Shown: in pieces, positions 48,020 to 58,734 of the stretch
Numbering within the stretch: the stretch's first letter is position 1
Layout of the letters: each line of letters opens with the position of its first letter
DNA from: a virus
Lineage: Duplodnaviria > Caudoviricetes
IMG/VR virus record: IMGVR_UViG_3300006153_000012
Span: 1-64,000 of that record
Strand: one strand, 5' to 3'
DNA: 64,000 nucleotides
Made by a program: the position numbers and the translations under genes
The notes under the pieces: generated by a model
The model's input: only the letters and a program-made list of their open reading frames with translations
What the model was told of the DNA's origin: nothing
Database searches by the model: none

Positions 48020-49657
48020 TTATTTGTCGCTCGGACTTGGTATTGCATTACCGTTATTGGTTTGAGACTTTAATGTGTTTTCAGATGGGTTATCTGTTTT
48101 AGGTCTACCACCTTCATCTCCAGTATCATTATTAGATGTCCATGCGGTTTGATGTGGTAAATATTTTTCATATATACCGTCTTCAATTTCAGAATCCATT
48201 ACACTCATATAAACATCAGGATCAACCCCTGTACTGGCGATTAGAAATGTCATAGAACCAGATGCAGAAATATATAAATCTTTCATCATTCCAAAAAATT
48301 CTTTCCTATTTACAAAAGAAGTAGGGAAGTAGTATATATCTATTTTATTTTTGGATTCCTTAATTAGATTTTTATTTATTACATGAACCAATTCATTTTT
48401 CCATTCACAAGCCCATGTATAAAGCTGTGCGGTTATCATTTCTAAGTTAGAAGTAGAACCAGCAAACGTGCCAGTAGACATTGCGCCAATCAGCGAAGCG
48501 CAGATACCTAAATCAACAGCAATATCGTTATTCATATCAGATTCATTCTTGTTATCAAAAATATCTGTAGAAACATCTATTGAATCCAATTTTGTACCAG
48601 CAGCCAATGACATAAAACTCACGCCACCACGACTGTTTTTATGTAACACAGCACCCTTTACTGCATTATGTTGATCCTCTTGCTGTTTCTTTGTTAATGT
48701 AGAACCAGTACCTTGCTTATTCTCTGGAAACACCTCATAAATAACACGGTTGTTTAATTCATCAAGAACATTCCTTTTAGTATCAATAAAGTAATCCTTA
48801 TATAATACATCTGACAATGCAGCTATAATAAGACTTCTTCCCCAAGCCTCAACATTTTTACACTTGATTTTTCTGCACATTGTTCTATCAGGATTAAGAA
48901 CTAACCAATCACCAGATGTATTTGTATTCTTTTTCTGATTGTATCCATCAACAATTTCTTTAGGATATTTTCTTAATTTTCTATCTAACTCTTCACCAGT
49001 AAAATCATCAAAATATCTCAGATTAAATGCTAATACAAAACGTCCATTTTTCTTACCAACAATTTTTGTATATTGCCAAGGAAGAGTTATAATAGAAGCA
49101 TTAAGACCAAAATCATTGATTTCTACAATATTTTCCACGTCATAATCAGTCATAAACTTTCTGCGGTCTACAGACTTTTCCGTAGTTTCAAAATAGTAGA
49201 AAGCTATTCCATCCAACATTTCTGTGAATAAAGCGTCACGAATGAAAGCTTTATCATCAATTGTATCTAATGTAGACTTCATCAAATTTTTATTTACTTT
49301 TGCTTTTTGGGTTTTACTTTTACAAGTAATGATTCTATCAAGAGTCAGAAGTGCAGTCATATAATCTATAGAATTACTTACAATACCATTTTTACCATAC
49401 ACAAACTCAGATAATCGAATTGCTGTCTCGTGATTTCCGATAGGATTTCTCAAAACAGAATCAATTTCTTCTTTTGTAAAGTAATCATACACTCCGCAAT
49501 TAAAAATTGATTCAAATAGATGATGATAAGAATATGAGTTAAACTCATAATCAATAGAATTGTCTTGCAGAGTGGTATTATTTGTTTCTACTACGGGTGG
49601 AGTAGTAGTTCTATTTTTAGGAGGGCGACCCCTCTTGCGTTTTACTTCTTCAGGCAT
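48020..49657 (-). CDS. Portal protein
   Basis: 545 aa directly after the terminase; GGRP C-terminal motif. Confidence 0.75.
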   Translation of the reverse strand: MPEEVKRKRGRPPKNRTTTPPVVETNNTTLQDNSIDYEFNSYSYHHLFESIFNCGVYDYFTKEEIDSVLRNPIGNHETAIRLSEFVYGKNGIVSNSIDYMTALLTLDRIITCKSKTQKAKVNKNLMKSTLDTIDDKAFIRDALFTEMLDGIAFYYFETTEKSVDRRKFMTDYDVENIVEINDFGLNASIITLPWQYTKIVGKKNGRFVLAFNLRYFDDFTGEELDRKLRKYPKEIVDGYNQKKNTNTSGDWLVLNPDRTMCRKIKCKNVEAWGRSLIIAALSDVLYKDYFIDTKRNVLDELNNRVIYEVFPENKQGTGSTLTKKQQEDQHNAVKGAVLHKNSRGGVSFMSLAAGTKLDSIDVSTDIFDNKNESDMNNDIAVDLGICASLIGAMSTGTFAGSTSNLEMITAQLYTWACEWKNELVHVINKNLIKESKNKIDIYYFPTSFVNRKEFFGMMKDLYISASGSMTFLIASTGVDPDVYMSVMDSEIEDGIYEKYLPHQTAWTSNNDTGDEGGRPKTDNPSENTLKSQTNNGNAIPSPSDK

Positions 49658-49673
49658 GTGTCGCCTCCTTTCG

Positions 49674-51491
49674 TTAATTTATCAGTGGTTCAAAATCATA
49701 GTCACTGTTATCTGAAATCAAGTCTTGTTCTAGCAAACTTATAAAATAGTTCCCATATGCAAGACTTACATATCTATCTTTAGTATTACTTCCAGTTTCA
49801 TATAAAGTAATTACACCAGTTTGCTCATTTCTTGTATATTCCAAAGACATCATTTCATTAACCAATGCCTGTGTTTCTAAATATGGGCGTTCGTAAAATG
49901 ACATTACATCACTATCTGGTGAAGCTAAATATTCAGGAATGTTTGATTCCAATATGTCTTTTGCTTCATCAAAGTTTACAAGCAAATCTATCATTTGAGA
50001 ATCAAGAATATTTCGTAAAGATATAGCAATATCATTATTCAATTTCTGACTTGCATTTATTGCAAATACATTTTCTACAGCACCAGAAACATTTACTCTT
50101 TTTGCAATATCATCATCATTCATACAACGCCAAGCAGGATATTCACAATCTCTATCTTCGTCATAGAGAACTTTTGCAAGTCTATCATATGTCAAAATAC
50201 CACCATTACGAGTATCTAACACCACATAGTCTGCTTCAAAATCATAATATAGCTGTTTGATTCTAATAGCTTGTTTGTCAACATCGCTACCTGGATTAGC
50301 TTCTATATAAGATGGGATTCTTCTATATCCGCTTTTGATTTCGATAGTTTTGCCATCAATATTACTCGACTCGTAAGTAATGCTTTCAGGTAATGCACGA
50401 ATACATGTAAAACATGAATTATCATTTTTGTTAGAGCGTTCAATAAATGCCATATCACAAGCAACAATGCGAATTTCTCCATTTTGCTTTGGAATACTAT
50501 ATGGATTTTTCTTTTTGTTTCTTACATCTTCATACCTTCTTGGATAAAATGCCTTTTTATTAGTTTGATTTTTAGTCAATAACCCATATGTAAAATATGC
50601 ATTTGCACCTTCACGGAGCATTTCATTTTCATATTCCTCTCGCCATGTAATAGGATCAGTTGTTCTCTTAGCTTCAATTAGTTGCGCCCGTGTTTTTATT
50701 GCATGTTTTAAGGCAATTGAGTAATCAGTGGCGAGCATACAAGAGGTATTATCTTTATATTTACTACTGATAGTGTCTTTTAATAATTTACCCATCCAAT
50801 GAGAAGTAGGAGCCGCAGAACTGATATAAATATTTACAGCTTCTTCTAGGAATTCATCATTTTCACGATATTTAACGCCATATTGTTCACACTTTTCATT
50901 AGTTCTGAATTGTGCAGGTCTTGCCATTTGGAACGGTTTTAAGACTTTATCAACAATATACTTGTCAATTCGCTTAAATTCTTCAAAAATTAAAACTGTA
51001 CTACGATATCCTAAAGCCCCTTCGCCAGCAACAACAACTACAATAGAACTGCCATTATGGAAAGTCACCTCAATATCATTTGCGTTTGTTGTTATTTTTT
51101 TTATTTCACGTCTTAGATTTTCCGATTTTGGCATCAATTCTTTTTGTATTTTTTCTTTTACAATAAGTGATGCCTGTTTTTTGGAGCCGCTGGCAACCAC
51201 GACTTTAGTATTTGGATATAAAATTGCTTTTGCACAAGAAAATATAGCAATAACAAATGACTTTGCGCTTGCACGACCTGCAATAATTACAACACTTATA
51301 TAAATATTCAAAAGATAGAGCCATATTATTTGATACCAATGTAAGGGGATTCCGAGATAGTGTTCTACGAAAACTGGAATGTTTCTACGATAGAATGTTA
51401 TCCAATCAATTATTCTTTCATAATTTGTTTTGCTAGATAACCATGAATGAGGTGGGAAATTTTTGAATACATTTTTCTGGTAATTGTCCAA
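49674..51491 (-). CDS. terL: Terminase large subunit
   Basis: AGRASAKS Walker A, LIFEE Walker B, VACDMA and KDRYVS nuclease motifs. Confidence 0.9.
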   Translation of the reverse strand: MDNYQKNVFKNFPPHSWLSSKTNYERIIDWITFYRRNIPVFVEHYLGIPLHWYQIIWLYLLNIYISVVIIAGRASAKSFVIAIFSCAKAILYPNTKVVVASGSKKQASLIVKEKIQKELMPKSENLRREIKKITTNANDIEVTFHNGSSIVVVVAGEGALGYRSTVLIFEEFKRIDKYIVDKVLKPFQMARPAQFRTNEKCEQYGVKYRENDEFLEEAVNIYISSAAPTSHWMGKLLKDTISSKYKDNTSCMLATDYSIALKHAIKTRAQLIEAKRTTDPITWREEYENEMLREGANAYFTYGLLTKNQTNKKAFYPRRYEDVRNKKKNPYSIPKQNGEIRIVACDMAFIERSNKNDNSCFTCIRALPESITYESSNIDGKTIEIKSGYRRIPSYIEANPGSDVDKQAIRIKQLYYDFEADYVVLDTRNGGILTYDRLAKVLYDEDRDCEYPAWRCMNDDDIAKRVNVSGAVENVFAINASQKLNNDIAISLRNILDSQMIDLLVNFDEAKDILESNIPEYLASPDSDVMSFYERPYLETQALVNEMMSLEYTRNEQTGVITLYETGSNTKDRYVSLAYGNYFISLLEQDLISDNSDYDFEPLIN

Positions 51492-51493
51492 TG

Positions 51494-52456
51494 TTAATCA
51501 CCATCCTCATTAATCCAGTATTCTTTTTCTTTTTCCTTTTCTCCGAATATAAGATTTCTAAGAGGTCTGAACATAAACCTTTCAATATATTCAACAATCC
51601 CAAAGAAATCATGATACTTCTTTTTATCTTGATAAAATTCCGCTGGACAATATTTTTCAATATCCATTATCCATTTTCCAAAAGAGTCATTGCTTGTATC
51701 AGCATTTTCTACTTTTAATTCAGCAGCCTCAAACATTGCTTTATAAGAATTGGAGAGCGTACCTATATCTTTTCCTGCCTGAATATTGACTTGCATCTGA
51801 TATTCAAGCAGACAAAGATTTTTCATCATTTTTTGCTTCTTAACATCTGGCTTTTCAGTACATAGTTTTAACAGTTCATCATAATATCCTTGTAAAGTGG
51901 GATAAACTTTTGGTTCATATCCAGATCCCCAAAATTTAATCATTTTAGGAGTTAATTTATATTGATCAATATCTTCAATATCATCTGGATATTCTATTGG
52001 TTTATCTGTTTCCTCAAACCTCTCTTTGAGAGTATCTAACCAAGATAATCCGATCCATGGCTTAATCTGTACTTTGCTTGAATATGTATGAATCCGGCTC
52101 CTATGTTCACTGATTTTTCTGCTTGCTGCCAAAGGAGATTCATTAAAATACAATCCATACATCATGCAAATAAATTCAATTGCCTTTTCCTCAGAACCTT
52201 CAAAGAATGAAATCATTTCAGGATAGAATTTATCGGTACATTTTCTGCAAACAGGGTAGTAGCCATAATGTTTAAATAGTGGAAAATTAGTTGGTGTAAA
52301 ATTGGATTGCAGCTTAGTATATTCGTTACCGCAACACCAACATTTATAGGATTCTTTTTTAGAAGTAGTATCAACAGATACATTTTTCTTGGTATTTATT
52401 TTAGTGGACGCACTTACAGCTTTCTGCGTCTGTTCTAATTTGGTTCTTGCCATAAG
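51494..52456 (-). CDS. Putative terminase small subunit / packaging protein
   Basis: CWCCG and CRKC zinc motifs; immediately upstream of terL. Confidence 0.5.
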   Translation of the reverse strand, partial: LMARTKLEQTQKAVSASTKINTKKNVSVDTTSKKESYKCWCCGNEYTKLQSNFTPTNFPLFKHYGYYPVCRKCTDKFYPEMISFFEGSEEKAIEFICMMYGLYFNESPLAASRKISEHRSRIHTYSSKVQIKPWIGLSWLDTLKERFEETDKPIEYPDDIEDIDQYKLTPKMIKFWGSGYEPKVYPTLQGYYDELLKLCTEKPDVKKQKMMKNLCLLEYQMQVNIQAGKDIGTLSNSYKAMFEAAELKVENADTSNDSFGKWIMDIEKYCPAEFYQDKKKYHDFFGIVEYIERFMFRPLRNLIFGEKEKEKEYWINEDGD

Positions 52457-52518
52457 CACTATCCTTTCGTTTTCAATTTTGTTCAATTAAAAAAGACAGC
52501 CATGATGACTGTCTGAAA

Positions 52519-52593
52519 ACACATAGAAAGAGTCGGACTCTCATTTTCAATTTTTGTGCGGAATCGAATGCCTTACCGTTAGGCGATATGTGT
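52519..52593 (-). pseudogene. Degenerate tRNA-like sequence
   Basis: D-arm GCCTAACGGTAAGGC and T-arm GAGAG-TCCGACT-CTTTC retained; anticodon arm broken. Confidence 0.45.
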
Positions 52594-52632
52594 GAATTGT
52601 GCTTTAAATTATAGTGAAAAATCAAATCTAAT

Positions 52633-53124
52633 ATGGTATACTTAAAAGAAAATACAAAGGTGATACCAATGAATAAATTAGAAAATTACCTAAGTGGTGA
52701 GAACCTTGATACATATAAAAGAAAATGGGAGACATGGATATTTAGTTCAATTGTATCAATATTCTTTCCATTTATAATTTCCATAATAATAAATGCTGTG
52801 TCTGGAAGTTTTAATTTTTTAGAACTTTTTGCACATGGAGATATTATTATTTTATTTTATTCCTTAACAATTGCAGTTCTATTTGACTTATGGAATACAC
52901 CCAAGGACAATAGAAAAAATGATAGAGGGTTACAAAGAAGTTTTTATATAATTCTTATGGTGTTATTTTCACAAATGGCTATATATGGAGTCATAAAAGC
53001 CAACATTATAACTAATTTATGGATGCTATTTTTTATGACGATCGGGACAATAATAGCATCATATTATATATGTAACTCTACACTGCTACAAATTTTTTTG
53101 TATAATATTGAAGAGGTAGAATAA
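52633..53124 (+). CDS. Multi-pass membrane protein (moron)
   Basis: Four hydrophobic helices, AT-rich, opposite strand to the late genes. Confidence 0.7.
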   Translation: MVYLKENTKVIPMNKLENYLSGENLDTYKRKWETWIFSSIVSIFFPFIISIIINAVSGSFNFLELFAHGDIIILFYSLTIAVLFDLWNTPKDNRKNDRGLQRSFYIILMVLFSQMAIYGVIKANIITNLWMLFFMTIGTIIASYYICNSTLLQIFLYNIEEVE

Positions 53125-53757
53125 ATGGATTTTTCAATTATAGCAAGCATAATTTCAATTATTGCTGGTGTATCATCTGTTATATTAAGTATTACTAATT
53201 TTATTTCCACTAAAAAGGAGATGCAAATTAAAATAAAATTAGCTAATTCTGAAATAAAATTAAACAAAAAAGATATAGATAATTTAAACAAATTAATAAA
53301 CACATCATTAACAGAAGAATGTACGAGTATTGCAAACTATTTTAAAAAAATTTCTCCCAATAATGAAATTAGAGTATATATCTATAAGATTGTAGATAAT
53401 GAATGCATAAAAGTTGTTTCTTCTTCATCTCAATTAAAAGATGACAAGAAATACATTATAGAAGAAAATATCGAATTTTCTCAAGCAAAAAGGACAAAAG
53501 AACCTTTTATTATAAATAATATATCTTATTTTTTAAAACGTGGAAATAAATTTTTTAACTCTAATACAAATTGGAATAAATATTATCAATCGCTTATCTG
53601 TTGTCCAATTAAAGACAAAAATGATATAATTGTTGGCTTTTTATCTGTAGAGATAATGAAGCCTTTAAATGATTTAATAGACATAAAAAATATAACTGAT
53701 TTTTTAGAACAACAATGCAAGATAATTTATAAAAATACAGAATTTGAGGAAATGTGA
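53125..53757 (+). CDS. Membrane-anchored protein with GAF-like domain (moron)
   Basis: N-terminal TM; YQSLICCPI...IVGFLSVE resembles a GAF fold. Confidence 0.6.
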   Translation: MDFSIIASIISIIAGVSSVILSITNFISTKKEMQIKIKLANSEIKLNKKDIDNLNKLINTSLTEECTSIANYFKKISPNNEIRVYIYKIVDNECIKVVSSSSQLKDDKKYIIEENIEFSQAKRTKEPFIINNISYFLKRGNKFFNSNTNWNKYYQSLICCPIKDKNDIIVGFLSVEIMKPLNDLIDIKNITDFLEQQCKIIYKNTEFEEM

Positions 53758-53853
53758 TTTTTAACCCAATGAAACAATTCTTTCACCATATACAATTATG
53801 ATTTATTTTAAACGGAATCAGGGAGAGGGTAAAGTTCACTCCCTGATTATTGT

Positions 53854-56499
53854 TTATATTTCATTAATTTCAAGGCGAAAGTAATTTAAATAATGGCCAT
53901 CAAGTTCAGAAGAGAAAGTCAAGAGAATGCTGGCGGTTTGTTCTGATTCTGCATTATAGTAGATCAGTCCTTTGCCTTTATGTTGATGCATATCATAATA
54001 ATCGCCATTACTCATTGCTAGTTGTATCATTATATTATTATGGGTATCCTCTTCACCATTTGGTGTAATAAGTCCTATTTCTGTTTCTATTCTATATGTT
54101 TTGCCTGTTTCTAACTTAATTTGTCCATTGGTGGTTGTCAGAATATTGCCAATAAATTCGCCTCTATTTTTTGTTATCAAAAGCTGCTGCGCTGTGCCAC
54201 TTATTTCAATAGGACTGGAAAGTGTATACAGGCAATATTTCGGTTTAATTGGTTCTGGAATTTGTGCTAATGCTTGACCGGTTATTGATTCTTGATTCAC
54301 TGCTAGATTTTGTTCCATTATTCTTGTAATAATGTCATCTTTTAGTGCAGATATTTGTTCATCAGACATATACACATTATTAATTACCGGCTGAGCAATC
54401 TCGAATACAGATAAACGAACTGCTGAAAATGTAACTGGTTCTGAACAAGCCATAATTTTAATGCTAATCCTTGTGTCAACATCAAATTTAAAGAACTGAA
54501 TATTTGAGCATAAATCAGAAGTTGTTTTTGTGTTGTTTACCGTCTGAAGGGAATACCCGATTTGCTTCTGTGCATCTACATTGTATAACATTAGATTACA
54601 CATTGTTTCATCAGTGACATTATCAAGCCTGAATGATGCATAGATGGCAAGCAATTTGCCTGCCGGTGCTATCATATATCCATCTGCATCTACAGCTAAT
54701 CCATACAAGTCTTCTCCAACATCGGCGAGTTGGAAGTGGTCAAATACTTTATTTACAGAAACTGGGTTTCCCATGTTTTCTGGGAATATCATGAGGTTCC
54801 CACGGATTACCTTATCGTTTAAAACAGATTGATATCCGTTGGCAATTAAATCAGTACAATTATCAATTGCCAATTCAGAAGCTATTGCAGAGACTTCAGA
54901 TTTAAATATATCATCTTTTTTCACGTCTGCAATTGTCTCTTGCTTTAATGTGGTCATCAATTCTTCTTTTTCCGTGTCGGTTAGTCCTGATACGGTACAG
55001 GGAGGGACAAATAAACCATCAGCTTTCTTTTCCAGTTGGTTGCCATTTTGCGCAGAGACTGCAATTTCTGCCTCTGGAATAATTTCAGATAGTTCTGTCC
55101 TGATGTCTTCTTTCATTTTATCAAATTTTTCATCTGATATATTTGTTTGTTCCTGTATCTTAACATAGTAAGTATGCTCACATTTGATGCAGTAACTTAC
55201 AGCAGTATTAGTTGGTCTTGAGGTATATTTATTGACACCTTCATCATCGGTTATGACTTTGCCGGTATGCTGGTCGTGAGTTGAGCAATAAGGGGTTGTC
55301 TGGTCGATAGCGTCATAATATAAACTTGGGGTTAATCCCCATGCATCATCATGACTCAAACCAGAGAATATGGCTAATTTATTCATATTATTGGCTTCAT
55401 CATACCATTTCCCTATATGTTGGTGGGCAGTTGGTTCTTGATGTACCCCTACATCAGCACCACTCCCAGTATTTCTGGTGGCAGTTCCGGAGCCGCGTAA
55501 AAATTCTCCTCTTAAATCTGGAACCGCGAAAGTTCCCGCAGCCCTATCTCCACCAAAATAATTGACATCTCCGAATTCTGCTTCGATATGTTGCGAGAGA
55601 TGGGGGTAATCTGTGATGGCATAAATTGAACCGTCACATTTCAGATAATGGGCAGGGCAATTATTTCCCATATAAGCCATAATGTGCCCAACTGGTATAT
55701 CTTCTGGGTGTTCTTTTGCATCGTGGATAAAATCAACAATATCTATGTTCTTTACTATTGGCTGTGCAATTTCGATGATTGTAAGCGATCTTTTTTGATA
55801 TGTTGAGTTTGCGGTAGGTGGTGGATTATCAATAGTCCTTAATGTCACACTTACATCTGTAGGTGGAACATATATAAAACTTGCGTGGTCGTTACATGAG
55901 TGTATATCTTTCACGCTGCAACTGTATTGTATGTCATATACTCCGCTGTGTTGTATGTTATTTGTTACATCATAAAAGAAGTGCGCAAACCAGTTTGGTG
56001 TAGTGTTGTAATCACCACATCTTGAATGAAAAGTTATGTAATATGTTTTACCCTTATGAAGTTTGATATAGCCGTTCTCGTCCAACTCAATTCCTTTTGC
56101 GTATTTATAAAATGAAGAAAAATTCATAAGACCGCCAGATATAATTGGATCTTTATTGCAACTGATTAAATTGATGAACTCTACTTGCCCACCTAATATA
56201 GATGCGGAGAGATTAGGATCTGTTTTGATGATGTCCATGATTTTCTTTATGATTTCGTCTTCTGGAAGAATTAAATCATCATCTGTTAATTTCTGTATAA
56301 TCTGCTGTATGATTGTTTCCTCTTCCAATACACTGTTGCAAGGTGGAACATAAAGACCATCTGATTTTCTGCTTATTGCATTGCCGGCTTCAGCGGAAAT
56401 AGATACATTGGAATACTTTTTGCTCAATATTTCTTCATCAAAATCTTTCAAAGAATTAATGAGATATTCTTTATCGATAGGTTTTTTTGTGTTTGGCAT
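53854..56499 (-). CDS. Fibre protein with phage tail-collar domain
   Basis: IPVGHIMAYMG...YLKCDGS...PDLRGEFLRG; internal repeat S...GN...K.DGL.VPPC. Confidence 0.75.
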   Translation of the reverse strand: MPNTKKPIDKEYLINSLKDFDEEILSKKYSNVSISAEAGNAISRKSDGLYVPPCNSVLEEETIIQQIIQKLTDDDLILPEDEIIKKIMDIIKTDPNLSASILGGQVEFINLISCNKDPIISGGLMNFSSFYKYAKGIELDENGYIKLHKGKTYYITFHSRCGDYNTTPNWFAHFFYDVTNNIQHSGVYDIQYSCSVKDIHSCNDHASFIYVPPTDVSVTLRTIDNPPPTANSTYQKRSLTIIEIAQPIVKNIDIVDFIHDAKEHPEDIPVGHIMAYMGNNCPAHYLKCDGSIYAITDYPHLSQHIEAEFGDVNYFGGDRAAGTFAVPDLRGEFLRGSGTATRNTGSGADVGVHQEPTAHQHIGKWYDEANNMNKLAIFSGLSHDDAWGLTPSLYYDAIDQTTPYCSTHDQHTGKVITDDEGVNKYTSRPTNTAVSYCIKCEHTYYVKIQEQTNISDEKFDKMKEDIRTELSEIIPEAEIAVSAQNGNQLEKKADGLFVPPCTVSGLTDTEKEELMTTLKQETIADVKKDDIFKSEVSAIASELAIDNCTDLIANGYQSVLNDKVIRGNLMIFPENMGNPVSVNKVFDHFQLADVGEDLYGLAVDADGYMIAPAGKLLAIYASFRLDNVTDETMCNLMLYNVDAQKQIGYSLQTVNNTKTTSDLCSNIQFFKFDVDTRISIKIMACSEPVTFSAVRLSVFEIAQPVINNVYMSDEQISALKDDIITRIMEQNLAVNQESITGQALAQIPEPIKPKYCLYTLSSPIEISGTAQQLLITKNRGEFIGNILTTTNGQIKLETGKTYRIETEIGLITPNGEEDTHNNIMIQLAMSNGDYYDMHQHKGKGLIYYNAESEQTASILLTFSSELDGHYLNYFRLEINEI

Positions 56500-56533
56500 T
56501 TTTCATTTTCCTATACATTCATTTTTTATTTGT

Positions 56534-57097
56534 TTACCATGTTGAATAATCTATTGGGTCTGTTTCAAAACCATCAATACTTATTCCTCCAGAAGTATTT
56601 TCAAGATTCAATAGACGGGATTCTATATCCACAAACCAATTTTTTTGTGGCGGAGCAATATTCAAAAAGTCTAATGAGTTTTCAATTTTTATAGTGAATG
56701 GGACTGTTTTTAGTGCATAATTTTGTCCTGCCTCTGTACCTATAAAAATAATTGCAGCAGTAATTGTTCCGCTTTTATAAGTCACGGAATCAGACAAGAT
56801 CCATGAAAACCTTAATAAGTCATTATTGTATTGAAGGTTATATGTGTCTTCTGTAAATATGCCCAGTTCATTCTTTACAATAATTTTTATATTTTTCGTA
56901 TATAAATCAACGCCATCATAATATCTGTTTATCTCAAAGGTCAGGATATTTGAATTTATGTCGCCCATTACGATTTTTCCAATATTCTGTAATGCAGGGG
57001 TTTTTTCGGTTATCTTAATTAGCTGGTGTTCGTCTACCATAGTGGAAGTTTTGATGACACGTCCATCGGAATTTATAAAGTTTGTGTTATTCATCAT
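56534..57097 (-). CDS. BppU-like protein
   Basis: FEINRYYDGVDL...FSWIL...T...G pattern; start MMNN after AAAGG. Confidence 0.65.
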   Translation of the reverse strand: MMNNTNFINSDGRVIKTSTMVDEHQLIKITEKTPALQNIGKIVMGDINSNILTFEINRYYDGVDLYTKNIKIIVKNELGIFTEDTYNLQYNNDLLRFSWILSDSVTYKSGTITAAIIFIGTEAGQNYALKTVPFTIKIENSLDFLNIAPPQKNWFVDIESRLLNLENTSGGISIDGFETDPIDYSTW

Positions 57098-57158
57098 TTT
57101 TCCTTTTCGTTGTGTTCTTTTTTTAGAATTTTGTCCTTTATGTTGACTGATATTAAAA

Positions 57159-57245
57159 TGGGAAGAGTAGGATTTGAACCTACGGTACATTTCTGCACAT
57201 CTGTCTTCAGAACAGACACAATAAACCAGACTCTGACATCTTCCC
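57159..57245 (-). tRNA. tRNA-Ser(TGA)-like, atypical
   Basis: GGGAAGA/TCTTCCC acceptor, TCTGT/ACAGA anticodon stem with TCTGAAG loop, long variable arm, GTAGG-TTCAAAT-CCTAC T-arm. Confidence 0.65.
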
Positions 57246-57289
57246 ATGGATATGGGAGAACAGCGGTTGTTGCCCTCCCAAATGTTTGC

Positions 57290-57598
57290 TTATTCGTTGG
57301 TATCAGAATCAAAAATCATATCTAAAGCGTAATCCTCAATTGCAACAGGTATAATTTGTCTCCTATTATAGGAATCTAAGAGACTAATGTATTTATTTTC
57401 AAATTCCTGTTTATCGGAAACTGAATAGTTTACAGTTTTTGTTTCTCCGGTTGGCTCATATGTAATTACTTCCTTAACTTCATTAGTTTCTGTATCTGTA
57501 ACCTCTGTTTTTATTTCCTCCATTACGGGTTCCTTAACGGTGAGGAATTTGTATAATTTTGGATCTTTTTCATTTTGCACCAGAATGGTATATCTCAT
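57290..57598 (-). CDS. Hypothetical protein
   Basis: 102 aa, SD AGGAGG. Confidence 0.65.
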   Translation of the reverse strand: MRYTILVQNEKDPKLYKFLTVKEPVMEEIKTEVTDTETNEVKEVITYEPTGETKTVNYSVSDKQEFENKYISLLDSYNRRQIIPVAIEDYALDMIFDSDTNE

Positions 57599-57613
57599 AA
57601 GTATCCTCCTTTA

Positions 57614-58063
57614 TTAAATTACTTTTTCGACAGTGCCCTCAATGTTGGCAGCATTCTGTTCTCTTGCTTCATCTACGAGTTCTTGTATTTTTGCTTCAAT
57701 TTTGTCTACCCAGATAATAGCCTTTGCTTTGCTGAGGATCTCAACATTTGAGATAGCGGTAGTCAACTCTTTTGCTGACATTTTATTGCTATCCAGTTCC
57801 ATAATAAGACTGAGGTTTTCGTCAACAATAAAGGATTTATCAACAAGTTTGAGCGTCACCTTTTCTCCGTCAGGATCATCGTCAGATACAATTTCCGGCA
57901 TACTGTTGGTGACTTTGATATTTGCAGAAAAATCAATATCCCCATATTTAAGTAATTTTGTGTAATCATGTAGTGCTTCTTTTGTCTCATCAGAAATTTC
58001 TATACATACAATACTTGCTGTCACCACATCATGTTCAGTGTTAATGCTTCTTGCTAATTTCAT
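57614..58063 (-). CDS. Hypothetical protein
   Basis: 149 aa, SD AAGGAG. Confidence 0.65.
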   Translation of the reverse strand: MKLARSINTEHDVVTASIVCIEISDETKEALHDYTKLLKYGDIDFSANIKVTNSMPEIVSDDDPDGEKVTLKLVDKSFIVDENLSLIMELDSNKMSAKELTTAISNVEILSKAKAIIWVDKIEAKIQELVDEAREQNAANIEGTVEKVI

Positions 58064-58076
58064 ATTTTTCTCCTTT

Positions 58077-58349
58077 TTATTTTAGTGAATTATGCAATTT
58101 GTTAAGCCCGATAATAAAGTTCCTTAGAGTTTCTTTATTAATTGCACATTGTAATTGTGGGATGTCTGCTATCACAGTATCACGAACTACTAAGTTCATT
58201 ACGTTTAATTTTTCATCTACCATCATTTCAGCCTTTGTTTGGTCGCCAAGTAAGATTTCTATAGATTGTACAGTTTGTCCAGAATCTTTAGTTATCATAC
58301 GGACTTGACCTAACTGTAGCTGAAAATTATCTAAATTTAATTGAGGCAT
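58077..58349 (-). CDS. Hypothetical protein
   Basis: 90 aa, SD AGGTG. Confidence 0.6.
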   Translation of the reverse strand: MPQLNLDNFQLQLGQVRMITKDSGQTVQSIEILLGDQTKAEMMVDEKLNVMNLVVRDTVIADIPQLQCAINKETLRNFIIGLNKLHNSLK

Positions 58350-58388
58350 TTGTTCACCTGCTTTCCTTTTGTTTTCGCTTTGCTGAAC

Positions 58389-58472
58389 TGAGGCAGGAGA
58401 GGACTCGAACCTCTGATGTTTCTAATGTGTCTGATTTGCAGTCAGGTGCAGTCGCCTCTGTGCCACCAGTAT
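58389..58472 (-). pseudogene. tRNA-like sequence, GCA anticodon, long variable arm, unpaired acceptor stem
   Basis: CTGA-CTGCAAA-TCAG arm, AGAGG-TTCGAGT-CCTCT T-arm; 5' acceptor strand does not match. Confidence 0.55.
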
Positions 58473-58734
58473 TTTAAATCCGTTCTTTCCCTATTTTTCT
58501 TCTCATATTTATACTCTCCGAAGCGGAGAGTTGGCCTCTCAGCACATTTGCGTGTAGCCGTCAACACATTACGAATTCAGTCATTTTCGTTGATAATATT
58601 ATCATTGCTGCCTATAACAGTCAGTCCTCCGAAAAGGATAAGAGGTGAGTTCCACATTGTTTGAATACTAAAAAATGACCGGCACTCGTCGAAGTTTCGG
58701 TCATTAATTGATTTATACATATCAGGTAGTTGTA

